A stretch of DNA of 64,000 nt, taken from Mobula hypostoma. Its lineage: Eukaryota. Of this stretch, positions 11,766 through 23,129 are shown piece after piece; the stretch's first letter is position 1, and each line of letters starts with the position of its first letter. Both the position numbers and the translations under genes were made by a program. The DNA lies in the NCBI RefSeq assembly GCF_963921235.1, contig NC_086097.1, forward strand, positions 55,306,001 to 55,370,000. The letters run 5' to 3'. The notes under the pieces are model-generated. The model was not told the origin of the DNA and did no database searches. It saw only the letters and a program-made list of their open reading frames with translations.

Positions 11766-13074
11766 TAATTAGAGGTCCAAGTCCATTTTAGAGGACAATA
11801 TAGTGCCCATTAAAGAAATGCAGTAGCAAGTATTTTAGATTATAAAGATTTAACAAAGGACAGAAAACTGGAGGGGCTGTGGCTTCCTAGGTGAAGGATA
11901 TTACAATGGATTTTGCATAGTAATTATGGTGACGTTATCAGTGTTCGCCATCTTTAACCTGTAAATCTGATGACAACTTTGCAATTTCTACACCTGCATT
12001 ATTTCTTTTTGCTTTTTAAATGCAATGTTTTATGCATTTTTCATAGTTTTAACGTCCTAGAAACATTCCTAGTGTTTTTAATGATTTAAGACATTATCAA
12101 CTGAGTATTAGTAACTTGTATCAGTGGATTGTCATACTTTTATGCAGTGCATAGGTCTAGTTTTACCCAACTTATCCGGTGCTCCTTAGAGCAAAAAAAC
12201 TCCACCCAGTGGGTTCTGCAGTTCCCCTAGGGAGGATTACAAATTACAGATTGCTTTCATTTATATATCAGTCAGTGATGGATGCTTTCATTGTTGATGT
12301 TAAAATCTGTCTCACTGTCACATTACTACGGACAAGAGGAAACAAAGCCGGAGCATCCTCATGACAAATAAAACAGCAATACTGTACTTGATGAGAGAGG
12401 AGGCTTAACAAAATTAAAGAGCATGGATGAAAGTAAAGATTAGAGACATTAATGGGACTGGAGATAAAGAACAAGTAAGGAAGACCAAAAAGAAAAGATG
12501 AGCAAGAGAATATGAAACGAGATGAGAGGGATATCAAGTTTGACACATCTGGACATATTTTCTGCCTTGAAGCCAAAGTTTATGTTGGAACTATCTAGTT
12601 TCCATCACTGCCAAGCCAGCAATAGCATTTTCTGCTGCTGCTGTGGTGAACTGGTGGAGGAGTCCAAGCTTAGTGCTTGCCATTCAGACGAACTCTGCAT
12701 TCACTGGGAGAAAGATATAACTACTATTAACTATTTATGTGCTAGTTACACTATTTAAATTATTCTTAATTTTTAACAATACTTTAATGGTGTCACAGAT
12801 GTTACTGAATGTCAAAGCCTTTTAGAAACATTCATTTGACCTGATGACACTCACACCTTTGACAACTAGTGAGCCTGTGATGTAGGGGGGACACCACCAG
12901 CTGTCAAAATGACCATTGGTGCTCTGCTGGCCCAAGCCATAAAATGCCAGGAGTTCATCTCCCTGGAGAAGATAGTGTCAGAGACCCTGCTAAACAAACA
13001 ATGTGGCCCGGGGGTCAGACTCCAAACAATATCAGGACAAAAAAAGATTTCCCTAATATTTTTTGATTTTTAAT

Positions 13075-13590
13075 ATGTGAGCACTTTAAAAACAGATGGT
13101 GGTGATGTTATAAATGAAACTGAAGAAATGCCAGACTTGTTTAATAAGTAATTCGTATCTAAATTCACAGTTAGGGAGGAGGGTTACATTCCTGACATTC
13201 CAGGGAAATTAATAATGATTTATGGATTGGAATCCACTCAAATTAATGTAAGCAAAAAAGTAGCATCACTAAAAGCTGACTAATTCATAAAGCTTGATCG
13301 TTATTCAGATTTCTGAATGGCCTGTGAACACTACCTCGTTATTGCTCTTCATTTATTTACTGACTTTTTAACCTCAGATTTTATGTCTTGTGCTGTACTG
13401 CAGCTGCAAAACAACAAATTTCACAACATACGTCACTGATAAAAAACCCGATTCTGATTCTGCTTTAATAGAGTGATGTGTAGAAATTACAGGTGCCATG
13501 GCCAAAATCTTCCAATAAGCTTTCAATTCAGGAATTGTTTCTTTTAATTGGGAAATTGCAAACATAATTCCATATTTTGAGAAAGGTAAG
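13075..13590 (+). mobile_element. Old CR1 ORF2 remnant interrupted by a Rex1-type 3' end (about 13300-13460)
   Basis: EMPDLFNK..FVSKFT-like text and SGIVSFNWEIANI-like text; attctgattctg tail at 13451-13462. Confidence 0.55.
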
Positions 13591-13599
13591 ACTAATAGT

Positions 13600-14614
13600 A
13601 GGTGGTTGCCTCTCCGACAGGAGGCCTGTGACTAGTGGGAACGGTGCTGCGTCCGTTGTTATTTGTCATCTATATCAATGAACTGCATGTTAGTATGATT
13701 ATTTGGATCAGCAAGTTTGCGGATGACACCAAGATTGGGGGTGTAGTGGACGGCAAGGAAGACTGTCGTGGCTTGCAGTGGGATCTGGACCAGCTGGAAA
13801 GTGGGCTGAAAAATGGCAGATGGAATTTAATGCAGACAAGGGAGAGGTGTTGCATTTTGGTAGGACCAAACAGGGTAGGTCTTACACAGTGAATGGTAAG
13901 GCAGGAGAACAAAGGGATCTGGGAATAAAGTTCCATAATTTATTGAAAGTGGTGGCACAGGCAGATAAGGTCGTAAAGAAATCTTTTGGCACATTGGCAT
14001 ACAAATCAGAGTACTGAGTACAGGAGATGGGATGTTATGTTGAAGATGTACAGTATGTTGGCGAGGCCTAGTTTGGAGTATTGTGTGCAGTTTTGGTCAC
14101 CTACCTATAGGAAAGATGAACATAAGATGGAAAGAGTGCAGAGAAAATCTACAATGATGTTGCCGAGACTGGAAGACCTGAGTTATAAGAAAAGTTTGAA
14201 TAGGTTAGGAATTCATTCCTTGGAACATAGAATACTGAAGGGAGATTTGATAAATGTATACAAAATTATGAGGGGTACAGGTAGGATAAATGCAAGCATG
14301 TTTTTTTAACTGAGGTTGGGTGGACTACAACTAGGGATCATGGGTTAAGGGTGAAAGGTGAAAAGGTTAAGAGGAACATGAGGGGAAACTTCACTCAGAG
14401 GGTCATAAGAGTGTGAAATGAGCTGCCAGTGTATGTGGTGCAGGCAAGCTCCGTTTGGACACTTAAGAGAAGATTGGATAGGTACATGGATGGTGGGGCT
14501 ATGGAGGGCTATGGTCCCAGTGCAGGTTGACGGGAGTAGGCAGTTTAAATAGTTTGGTACAGACTAGATTGGCCGAGGGGCCTGTTTGTGTGCCATACTT
14601 TCTCCTATGACTCT
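13600..14614 (+). mobile_element. CR1 LINE, 5'-truncated
   Basis: GTVLRPLLFVIYINEL, SKFADDTKIGG, WAEKWQMEFN, RPSLEYCVQFWSP; CR1 3' UTR. Confidence 0.9.
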
Positions 14615-14714
14615 AAAAAATTGCAAAAATAATCAGTTTACCATGTATTTTGCTGAATTAAACATGTTAGTTGAGCACTTAGAATAATTAGAGCTGGTTA
14701 AAGAAAACTGAAAC

Positions 14715-14915
14715 AAAAAAAAACAACAGGTGCTTGTAACCTGGAACAGAAAATGTTGGAGCTGTACAGCCCCTCAATCAGCAGGAGAGAAACAGCTAGG
14801 TTCTGATAAATTATTCGACTCTGACCAAGGTTCACAGACCTGAACTCTGTTAATAACTTTCTTTTTCTCTCCACCAATGCTGCCTGACCTGCTAAGTACA
14901 GCATCTCCTGCTTTT
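14715..14915. mobile_element. Old PLE-tail fold-back (minus tail then plus tail)
   Basis: Degenerate inverted copies of the gatgctgcctgacctgctgagt...cagcat tail. Confidence 0.45.
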
Positions 14916-15020
14916 CCTGATATCTTATCAGAGAGCGTCAAGCAGTGCATAGGAGAATACCTGAGAATGCAGTTCATATGAAATTCTGGAGAAATTCAAG
15001 AAACCATCCTTTTCATGGAA

Positions 15021-15285
15021 AACATAGAAACATAGAAAACCTGCAGCACAATACAGGCCCTTCGGCCCACAAAGTTGTGTTGAACATGTCCCTATCATAG
15101 AAATTACTAAGCTTACCCATAGCCCTCTATTTTTCTAAGCTCCATGTACCTATCTAAATGTCTCTTAAAAGACCCTAACGTATCTGCCTCCACCACCGTT
15201 GCCGGCAGCCCAGTCCACGCACTCACCAGTCTCTGAGTAAAAAATTTACCCCTGACGCCTCCTCTGTACCTACTTCCCAGCACCT
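15021..15285 (-). mobile_element. CR1 3' end
   Basis: aacatagaaacatagaaa tail; RGKFFTQRLVSAWTGLP..FKRHLDRYM. Confidence 0.88.
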
Positions 15286-16569
15286 TATTATCAATGACTG
15301 ACTTCATTGTCAGTCCCATGGACCAGACAATATGCTTCATAATCTATTGACCCAAATTTAAAATCAAACCTTGTGGTTCAGAACAAGCTCAAAGCAGAAA
15401 TCTAATTAAATATCACACAATTTATTTGAGATTACAGACAAGTACTTAGATCCAGCAGCTACTGAATATTAGTTTATAATTCTGAGTGCACATCTGTCCA
15501 TCTGTCTATAACAGAATACAAATGATGTGAACCAGTAGAAATTACATGTGTAGCTTTGACTCTACAATGTACATTATCACTTTACAAGCTGTATTTGCAG
15601 ATGCGTATCTTGCAAGCCAGATCAAATATTTGCTTGGCAAATGACTCTTCTTTTCCCCTTCCTGTGAAATGATAATTACTAAGTCACATTCTACTTTTTA
15701 CTGGTTCTTTCTGTTCTCCGTGACCTTTAATTTTGACCACGGTTTATCACTTTACAGAAATAAATAAAACTTAGTATGGTGAAAATTACAGAGATGTTGG
15801 TTTATACAGTACAGTGCTTTCAAGGTTATTGTTTTCCATTTTCCCCCTGTAAACTCTAAATAACTTGTCAATAAAATTCTATGGGCTATTGTAGTGGAGC
15901 TGAGCAGTAGTTTCAGTCTGCTACTGCAGCCTTATTGAACATAGTTTAGAGAAAAAGTAACTCAGAGGAAAGAAGGCAGTGAATATACACTAATACATTA
16001 ATTCTGATATTTTGCAAAGCTGAGATTATTTAAGGTACATTTCAAGGAATTAAGTAAATCAATGGGAAACTAAAAAGTGGCAGGTATCTCTTGGCTGATG
16101 GTGCAATATGGTTTCATGCTGTTATCAGAATATAAGATCTGATGGTTAAGTGCATGCGAATTGCAAAATTCCCAGTTATATTTCTTACTGGTGGGAAGTC
16201 TAGAAAGGGTTAAAAACATGCTTGAAAAGATTTCCTTTCTGTGGTTCTAATATCATAAACATTTTACAGAAGTTAAAACTCAGATTTATCTTGCATAAGT
16301 GTAACAGTAAACATATTGCATTTTTTATTCTGTGCACTCTGGTTCTCCTGGTATAATTCCTGTTGTAGGAGTTGGTATTAATTTAACTAAATCTGAAAAA
16401 TTTTCTTTTAACATGTTGTAGTTAACAATGACGCGTAAACAAACATATTTTGTCTCCAGTGTATAAATTGTTCCACATATTTATATTTTTAAAAATCCAT
16501 CTACTAGCAAGCTGTATTATTTAAGCTTCCTAGATCATATGTCAAGTTTCAACATAACTACAAGGTGAA

Positions 16570-16830
16570 GGGCTGGTCATTTATAACTGAGGTACCTTGA
16601 AGCTTTTACTCCCAAAAGGTAGTGAAACTTTGCAATTCTCTATCTGAGTGGGTGGTTGAAGCTAGATCATTGGAGGTATTTAAAATGGATTACTATGTGA
16701 TAGATTGAGGAATGGAGAAACGGCACAGAAGCTGAAGCCAGCTTAGATCAGCCACGATCATATTAAGTGATGCGGTAAGCTTGAAGGGCCTGACGATCTA
16801 CTCCTGCTCCTATTTCTGATGTTCCTGTGT
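16570..16830 (+). mobile_element. Old CR1 3' end
   Basis: FYSQKVVKL..SL-like text followed by gatcagccacgatcat...ctactcctgctcctattt 3' UTR. Confidence 0.65.
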
Positions 16831-17050
16831 AATCCATCCTTTTCAGGGGCAACAGTGGAAAGCTGAAAGCAAATTTAACAGAGCCAAATTATAGGTAAAT
16901 ATTTTAAAATAAATTCTAATTTGTTTTTGACATTGAGCATTTCATTGCTTTGCCTGTTTTGATAGCTTTATTTACATAACCATAACTTATTTCTCCCCTT
17001 CGCTGGTAGTATCATCAAACATAGTTATCACACCCATCTCAAAGACTCAC

Positions 17051-17093
17051 CTTATCATTTATTTTGAAAGGCAGTAGGTCTCTTGATATAATC
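17051..17093 (-). other. Candidate 43-nt exon of an unidentified minus-strand transcript
   Basis: Acceptor aactgatattgcag|G and consensus donor AAG|GTGAGT, just downstream of a CpG-rich promoter-like region. Confidence 0.4.
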
Positions 17094-17309
17094 CTGCAAT
17101 ATCAGTTTAAGGGAGGACCTTGAACCCCAAACAGGCGCGAATACAACTACAGGTTGACCGCCACAAATCCGGGATGATTGGGACCCGTGCAGTGCCGGAT
17201 CATGTAACTTTGCCGAATCACAGGGGGTTAGGTTAGGATTAGATAAATACCTCACCCTACCGTTAAAGTGCCTTGTAAATAGTAGAAGTTGGATAACAAA
17301 GAAAAAAAA

Positions 17310-17990
17310 AGAAACAGCCGATTAAAAGCAGGAAACACTGCACGAATGTTATGCCAAGTTGCAGCTTGAAACGCAGAAGTCGCCCGTAAATGTGTCACAC
17401 TCATAATCGAGTCCTAATTCTTCATGAAATAATTTCGCTTGTTCTTTCTCCGTCTCCCCTGAGAGTTCTACGCCTTAAATCAGCTGACGCGGATTTAAAC
17501 CACTTCGAGAACTTTATCTAGTTATGAACATCATCCATTGTTTACCTTATGCGCATCTGGTTTTTTTTGAGTCGCTGTCAGCAAAGAAACTTTTCATTTT
17601 TGTTTCTTTATATCGTAAACTGTGGAAAAGCCAATGTTATACAAGTCACATATGCGTTTCACATTCACACCAGGGACCCGGTTTTTCAACTCCAACCTCA
17701 TCTTGTACAGATAACGTATGGCGTTTGCGCTTTACACCAAGAGAAGCTCTTCCTTTATTCGATGAAGACAAGACTAGGACGAGAGAAGCGCAGGTTACAA
17801 AAATGAATACAGAGGAACGACTTGCTTCTTTCAAAGATCGTGCCAACAGCTAATTCTGCTAATGGCGCCACCAAAACAGTGGCGATGGTTTCGCGGCGAC
17901 GTGGGAAATTTGAAGTGAGCCGGGCGAAAATTACGGCCGATCCAGCGGCGGAACCAGATTACTGATTGCCCGATTCGAGGTGGTCGACCT
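17310..17990. promoter_or_regulatory. CpG-enriched promoter-like region with E2F, CHR and YY1-like motifs
   Basis: TTTCGCGG 17889-17896, GTGGGAAA 17901-17908 abutting TTTGAA 17909-17914, GGGCGAAA 17922-17929, AATGGCGCCA 17861-17870, TTCAAA 17830-17835; unique, CpG-retaining sequence. Confidence 0.55.
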
Positions 17991-20038
17991 GTATAAAGTC
18001 TTGGGAGACACATTAAAAAGGATGTAATACTTCCTTCAGTATTGGTTTTAGGACCTGGATTATAACACTGTCAAGTCTACTTAGCATTTTTTAAAAATAA
18101 TTATGAGAAGACACACAGATCCATCTATCTCTTTGTAATTCCTTAAAAACTACAATTATTTTGTTCACCGCATGTTTCTCGAACTGTGTAGAAATTATGA
18201 TGCTGAAATTTCAAGGAAACGAGAAATTAATTAGTATTTTTCTGTAATTGTACAATGACATGACAAGAAATCAACTATTTTTGTAAAGGTTATTTCAGAT
18301 GTTCCCAATGGTCATGCCTAATTGCGGGGGAGGGAGGTCAGATTTAGCAACTGAGATGCAAAAGCCTCTAATGTTTGTCACAACCATCTGTGTACAACAG
18401 ATGGAATGCTAGGTGCACCTACAGCTTAGGTTATGAAAAGTGTGTCCACTATATTTGCAGTGTAATTGAATGTCTGAGACCTATATTTAGGGCTTTTTTT
18501 TTAGATTGTCATCTTCTTTAACACTGTCATCTTCATTGAAACTATTTGCCAGCATTTCTTTTTCCAGACTTGCACACGCTTTCCTTTCTCCTTAAGGCTA
18601 CTTTTTAATGTTGTGAAATATTTGTCATGATAGAGCAATTAACATAACTGTAAATACATTTTGGGCATCTCTTGGTACTTGTTCCCAGTATGAAAAGCTC
18701 TTATTGCCTTCCATTGGACAACGTTGTTTTGCTAATACAATATTCTGATGGTAATGTTGTGAAGGAATAGGTATTCTGTTGCTGTAATTTGCTTAGAGAA
18801 TTGACTCCAGATGCTTTGATGGGGAAAGAAAATCACATTATTCCAGGTTATAAATATATTATGATTGGTTTATTAAAAGTTATATAGTGGTAGGGGATTA
18901 TAGAACAAGTTTAATTTAATTTAGAAACTCATGCACATTTCAATAATAAAAAAAGTTGCAACATCTTGCAAAGTTTCCTAATGTCAAGTTGGAACCACCA
19001 GCCTTACAGTAGGCTGAGGTGTGAAGATTCATCAATCCTGATTTGGATTCCAGTCAGAGGCCTCAATCTCCATCTTCTTAGTAGAATACTTGAACTGGAT
19101 GGAGTCATCATACATCTCCCGGTATTTGAATGATCTGCCTTCAAATAGTTTGGTCTCTTTCCCTTCAGCAACGTGCCTCTAGTCTTGCATTATCTTTATT
19201 GTGAATATTGTATAAGGAAAATCAAAAATATTTTTCACATAAATTTATACAGCTGTCTTTTGAACATGACAGGCTAGCCTCCCAGAGCAAATCTCTAGCA
19301 AAGCATATTGCCAAGCAGACGAACTGCCAGATTCAATAGATTGATAACAAGAAGATAATTATTTAAACAGGCTTCTGGTAGGCTTGGTCCTAATGGATTT
19401 GTAATTAAAAAGTATTAACATATTAAGGTCATCTGGAATCATTGCAGTAATTTGTAACCATTTCACCTTAGGGGCCTGCTTTCTCAATATTGTGATTTCT
19501 AATCACGCTTAACTAATATTCAGTCTGCCTATCAGAGTCTCAATTAACATGCAGTAAAGTCAAAACTGAAAATGGCTTCCTTATAATAGACATAGATATG
19601 ATTAATCTTTCACAACTGCAGCTTTACTCTTAAAGGATGATGTTAGGGTGTTGGAGTGTTTCCAAGGGTGTTAACAAAAGCATATGAAAGAATGCAAAGA
19701 CAAAGGAAAGGAATTAACAATGGCCAATAATGACCGGGGAATGGATTTTAAATGAGGAGTGGAAGATGGGGAGGTAGAGGATTATAGGAAGAGATTCCAC
19801 AGATCAGAGCCTGAACATTTGAAGGCAGCAACCTCAATAGCAGAACAAAGGAAGAAGACAACAGCCAAAGATTAAAATGTATGGGATCTACAGTGACTTC
19901 ATTCTAATTTTGGATTCAGAATTTGCTTGCCTATGGAAGACAAAGGGTAGTAGTTGATATGACTTAGTCTGACTGAAGGTCAATGACTAGTGGTACTCCA
20001 CAGGGATTTGGACTGAGGGCTCTGCTGTTTGTGATATA

Positions 20039-20548
20039 CACTTAGTGGACACTTTATTAGGTACACCTGCTTGTTAATGCAAATACCTAATCAGCTGATC
20101 ATATGGCAGCAACTCAATGCGTAAAAAGCATGCAGACATTGTTGTTCAGACCAAACATCAGAATGGGGAAGAAATGTGATCTGAGTGACTTTGACCGTGC
20201 AATATGACAATGTGGTTTGAGTATCTCAGAAACTGATGATCTCCTGGGATTTTCACACACAAGTCGTTAGAGTTTATAGGAATGGTGTGAAAAACAAATT
20301 TTAAAAAAGTGAGCGAGTATGAGAGCAGTCAGAGGAGAATGGCCAGATCTGTTCAAGCTGACAGGAAGGTGACAACATCTCAAACAACCGTGTGTTACAT
20401 TAGTGGTGTGCACAAGAGCATCTCTGAATGCACAACACATCGAACCTTGAAGTGGACGGGCTACAGAAGCTGAAGGCCAGACACATACAGCATACACTCA
20501 GTGGCATTATTTAGTACCTCCTCCACCTAATGAAGTGGCCACTAATTG
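20039..20548 (+). mobile_element. Non-autonomous Tc1/mariner-type element
   Basis: TIRs CACTTAGTGGACACTTTATTAGGT / ACCTAATGAAGTGGCCACTAATTG flanked by TA; residual MGKKCDLSDFDR-like HTH start at 20163. Confidence 0.85.
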
Positions 20549-20956
20549 TATATAAATTACCTGGATGAAAATATAGATGGTGGATTAATAAATTCACAGA
20601 CTATACAAAGATTGGTGGCATCATGGGTGGAGTAGAAGATTGTCAAAGGATACAGTGGGATATAGAAGTCGCAGATATGAGCCTATAAAATCACAGATGG
20701 AGTTTTATCTGGCCAAATGGTTGCACTTCAGGAATTCCAATATAAAAGAACCGTATACAATCAATGACAAGACCCTTAACGATGTTGATGAGCAAAGAGA
20801 TCTTGAGGTTCAAGTCTGCAGCTTCCTGAAAGTGGCTGCACAGGTCGATAGGATGGTAAAGAATGCACTTTTCATGGTTGGGGCACTGAGTTCATGCAAA
20901 GAGAAGTTAATAGTGGTTTTGTAAAATTTTGGTTCGGCCGCATCTAGAGTATTGCA

Positions 20957-21555
20957 AATAAGAGAAAATCTGCAGATGCCAGAATCCAACCAACACATAC
21001 ACACATCATGCTGGAGGAACTCAGCAGGCCAAGCAGCATCTATAGAAAAGAGTTTGGCTGATGTTTCGGGCTGAGACCCTTCATCAGAACTGGAGGAAAA
21101 AAAATGACGGGTCAGAGTAAGAAGATGGGGGGAGGGAACGAAGAAACACAAGGTGAGAGGTGAAACTGGGAGGGTGGGGAGGGGTGAAGTGAAGAGCTGG
21201 GAAGTTGATTAATAAAAGAGATACAGGGCTGGAGAAGGGGAACCTGACAGGAGAGGACAGAAGGCCATGGAATAAAGCAAACGGGGAGGTGCACCAGAAG
21301 GAGGTGATGGGCAGGAAAGGAGGTGAGATGAGAGAGGGAAATGGGAATGGGGAATGGTGAAGGAGAGGTCCACAAAGATCCACAAACCTGCCTGTCAAGG
21401 TAATCCCATTATTTCTGCTTGTTCCTGCCCCACTGACCTTATATCTGCATACCTCGACTCAGTTTTATCCCCCTTGTTGTTCAGACCTTCCTGTCTACAC
21501 CTGTGACACTTCACACGTTCTTGATCTTTTCAATGACTTCAAGTTTCCTGGCCTT
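20957..21555 (-). mobile_element. PLE with inversion: minus-strand 3' end (20957-21368) joined to a plus-strand RT piece (21373-21555)
   Basis: Tail and hammerhead (21056-21091) on minus; caaagatccacaaacctgcctgtc on plus matches about 4737-4760. Confidence 0.85.
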
Positions 21556-21712
21556 TGAATTCAAATCCAGCCGGCTCATTGCACACTTCCCGTCCGTGCT
21601 GGGTTGAGCACTGAGCTAGCAACTCGGCCTCGTGATAGAAACAGACAAATACTAAGGGAACAGCAAAAATGCCACCCCCAATGTGCCACAAAGCATGAAG
21701 TGGAATAACAAC
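21556..21712 (+). mobile_element. Probable truncated tRNA-derived SINE
   Basis: B-box-like GAATTCAAATCC at start; acaactacaa-type tail; interrupts CR1. Confidence 0.4.
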
Positions 21713-21983
21713 TACAAGAATAAGCTGGACAAACTGAGGTTGTTTTCTCTGGAGTAGCGGAGACTGAGAGGAGATTTAATAGAGCTTTATAAAATTGATG
21801 GAGTAGACAGCAGATATCTTTCTCCCAGGATCAAAATGTCTAATATTATTGAGTATGCATTTGAGGTGAGAGGGGTTAAGTTGAAAGGAGATGTGTATGG
21901 CAAGTTTTTTTAGAGTGATGGGTGCCTAGATAGGGAAATGAACGTGCAGAGAATGGAGGGATATGGACATTCAGGTCAAATAA

Positions 21984-22670
21984 AGTCAAGTCAAGGTTAA
22001 TGTCATTTAACTACATACATGTATATAACGGTTATAACATTGTAATGATATAGAAATGAGAGGTTTCTTTGAACCGGAGTGTAAAACACAGTAGTGCACA
22101 TAGCACACAATAGTTTATGAAGGTAAGGATAACATCTACAGATGAATCACACATAAATAATAAACTAAAGTGAATTAATTTTAAATATTGTAAGATACGG
22201 AACAAATTAATCAGTGACACTTCGGATACGATGTGGCAGGGAGTTCAGAAGCCTAATGGCTTGGGGGAAGCAACTGTACCTCATTTTAACTGTTCCTGCT
22301 TTTATGCATCAGAGTCTCCTGCCTGACAGTAGAGAGTCTAGGAGGATGCTGGATGGATGGGTGGGATCCTTAACAACACCAAGTGCCTTGCGTATGCAGC
22401 GCTCCTGATAAATGTCCCCGAAGGATGGTAGAGAGACCCCTATGATCTTCTCAGCTATTCTCACGGTCCTTTGTTGGAACGTCAGCTCAGATGCTCGACT
22501 GCTCCCATACCAGATGGAGATGCAACTTGTCAGGATGCTCTCAGTGGTGCCCCTGTAAAATGCTGTTAAGATTGTGAGGTGGTGGTGGGGGGGGGGGGGT
22601 GCTGGAGCCTTGTTTGCTTTAATCTTTTTTGGAACTGGAGGCACAGTTGTATCTTGTTCAGAGAGGTGAT
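21984..22670 (-). mobile_element. Rex1/Babar LINE 3' end
   Basis: ILTAFYRGTTESILTSCISIWYG..DPTHPS..LLSGRRL; (agtca)n tail. Confidence 0.85.
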
Positions 22671-23129
22671 ATTGTGTAGTAAGAAGGGATTACTGTATTT
22701 GGGCATTTAATTTGCTAGTTTAATTAGTTCAGTTTAACATTGTGAGCCAAAGGGCCTGTTCCTGTGCGGTACTGTCTGGGTTCAAAGAGCAACAAGTTCT
22801 GAGGAGTTAGTAAATGTGATAGAGATAAGAAATGATACAGGAAGGACATGCAAATGCATAAAGTTAATTCATACTCTGATTTTAAATTTGAGTTGGGAGC
22901 AAGGTTAGGCCAATAAGGGACAGCAGTCAAAGGGAAAGAAATGCAGTACAGGTATCCAAAGCATTGCTTTGACTAATCTGTACTAGAGTGCTCTGCTATA
23001 CACAGAAGTCTGGCATGCTCTGTATTGAAGTGGTTCAATCTGCTGCACTATCAATTCATGTTGGAAAGTAGAAATAAAGGATATAAGAATTGAAAACCAT
23101 TTTAGGGACTGAAAGGATTTTGAGAGTAA

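Larger units (their letters stand above)
19905..21970 (+). mobile_element. Old CR1 LINE split by a Tc1-type element, a PLE and a SINE-like insert
   Basis: Colinear CR1 RT pieces 19905-20038, 20549-20955 (EQRDLEVQV..LKVAAQVDRMVK) and 21712-21970. Confidence 0.75.

Noticed and set aside
19008..19180. Minus-strand open frame RHVAEGKETKLFEGRSFKYREMYDDSIQFKY... ending at a GTAAGG donor
   Set aside because: No polypyrimidine acceptor and no recognisable protein family
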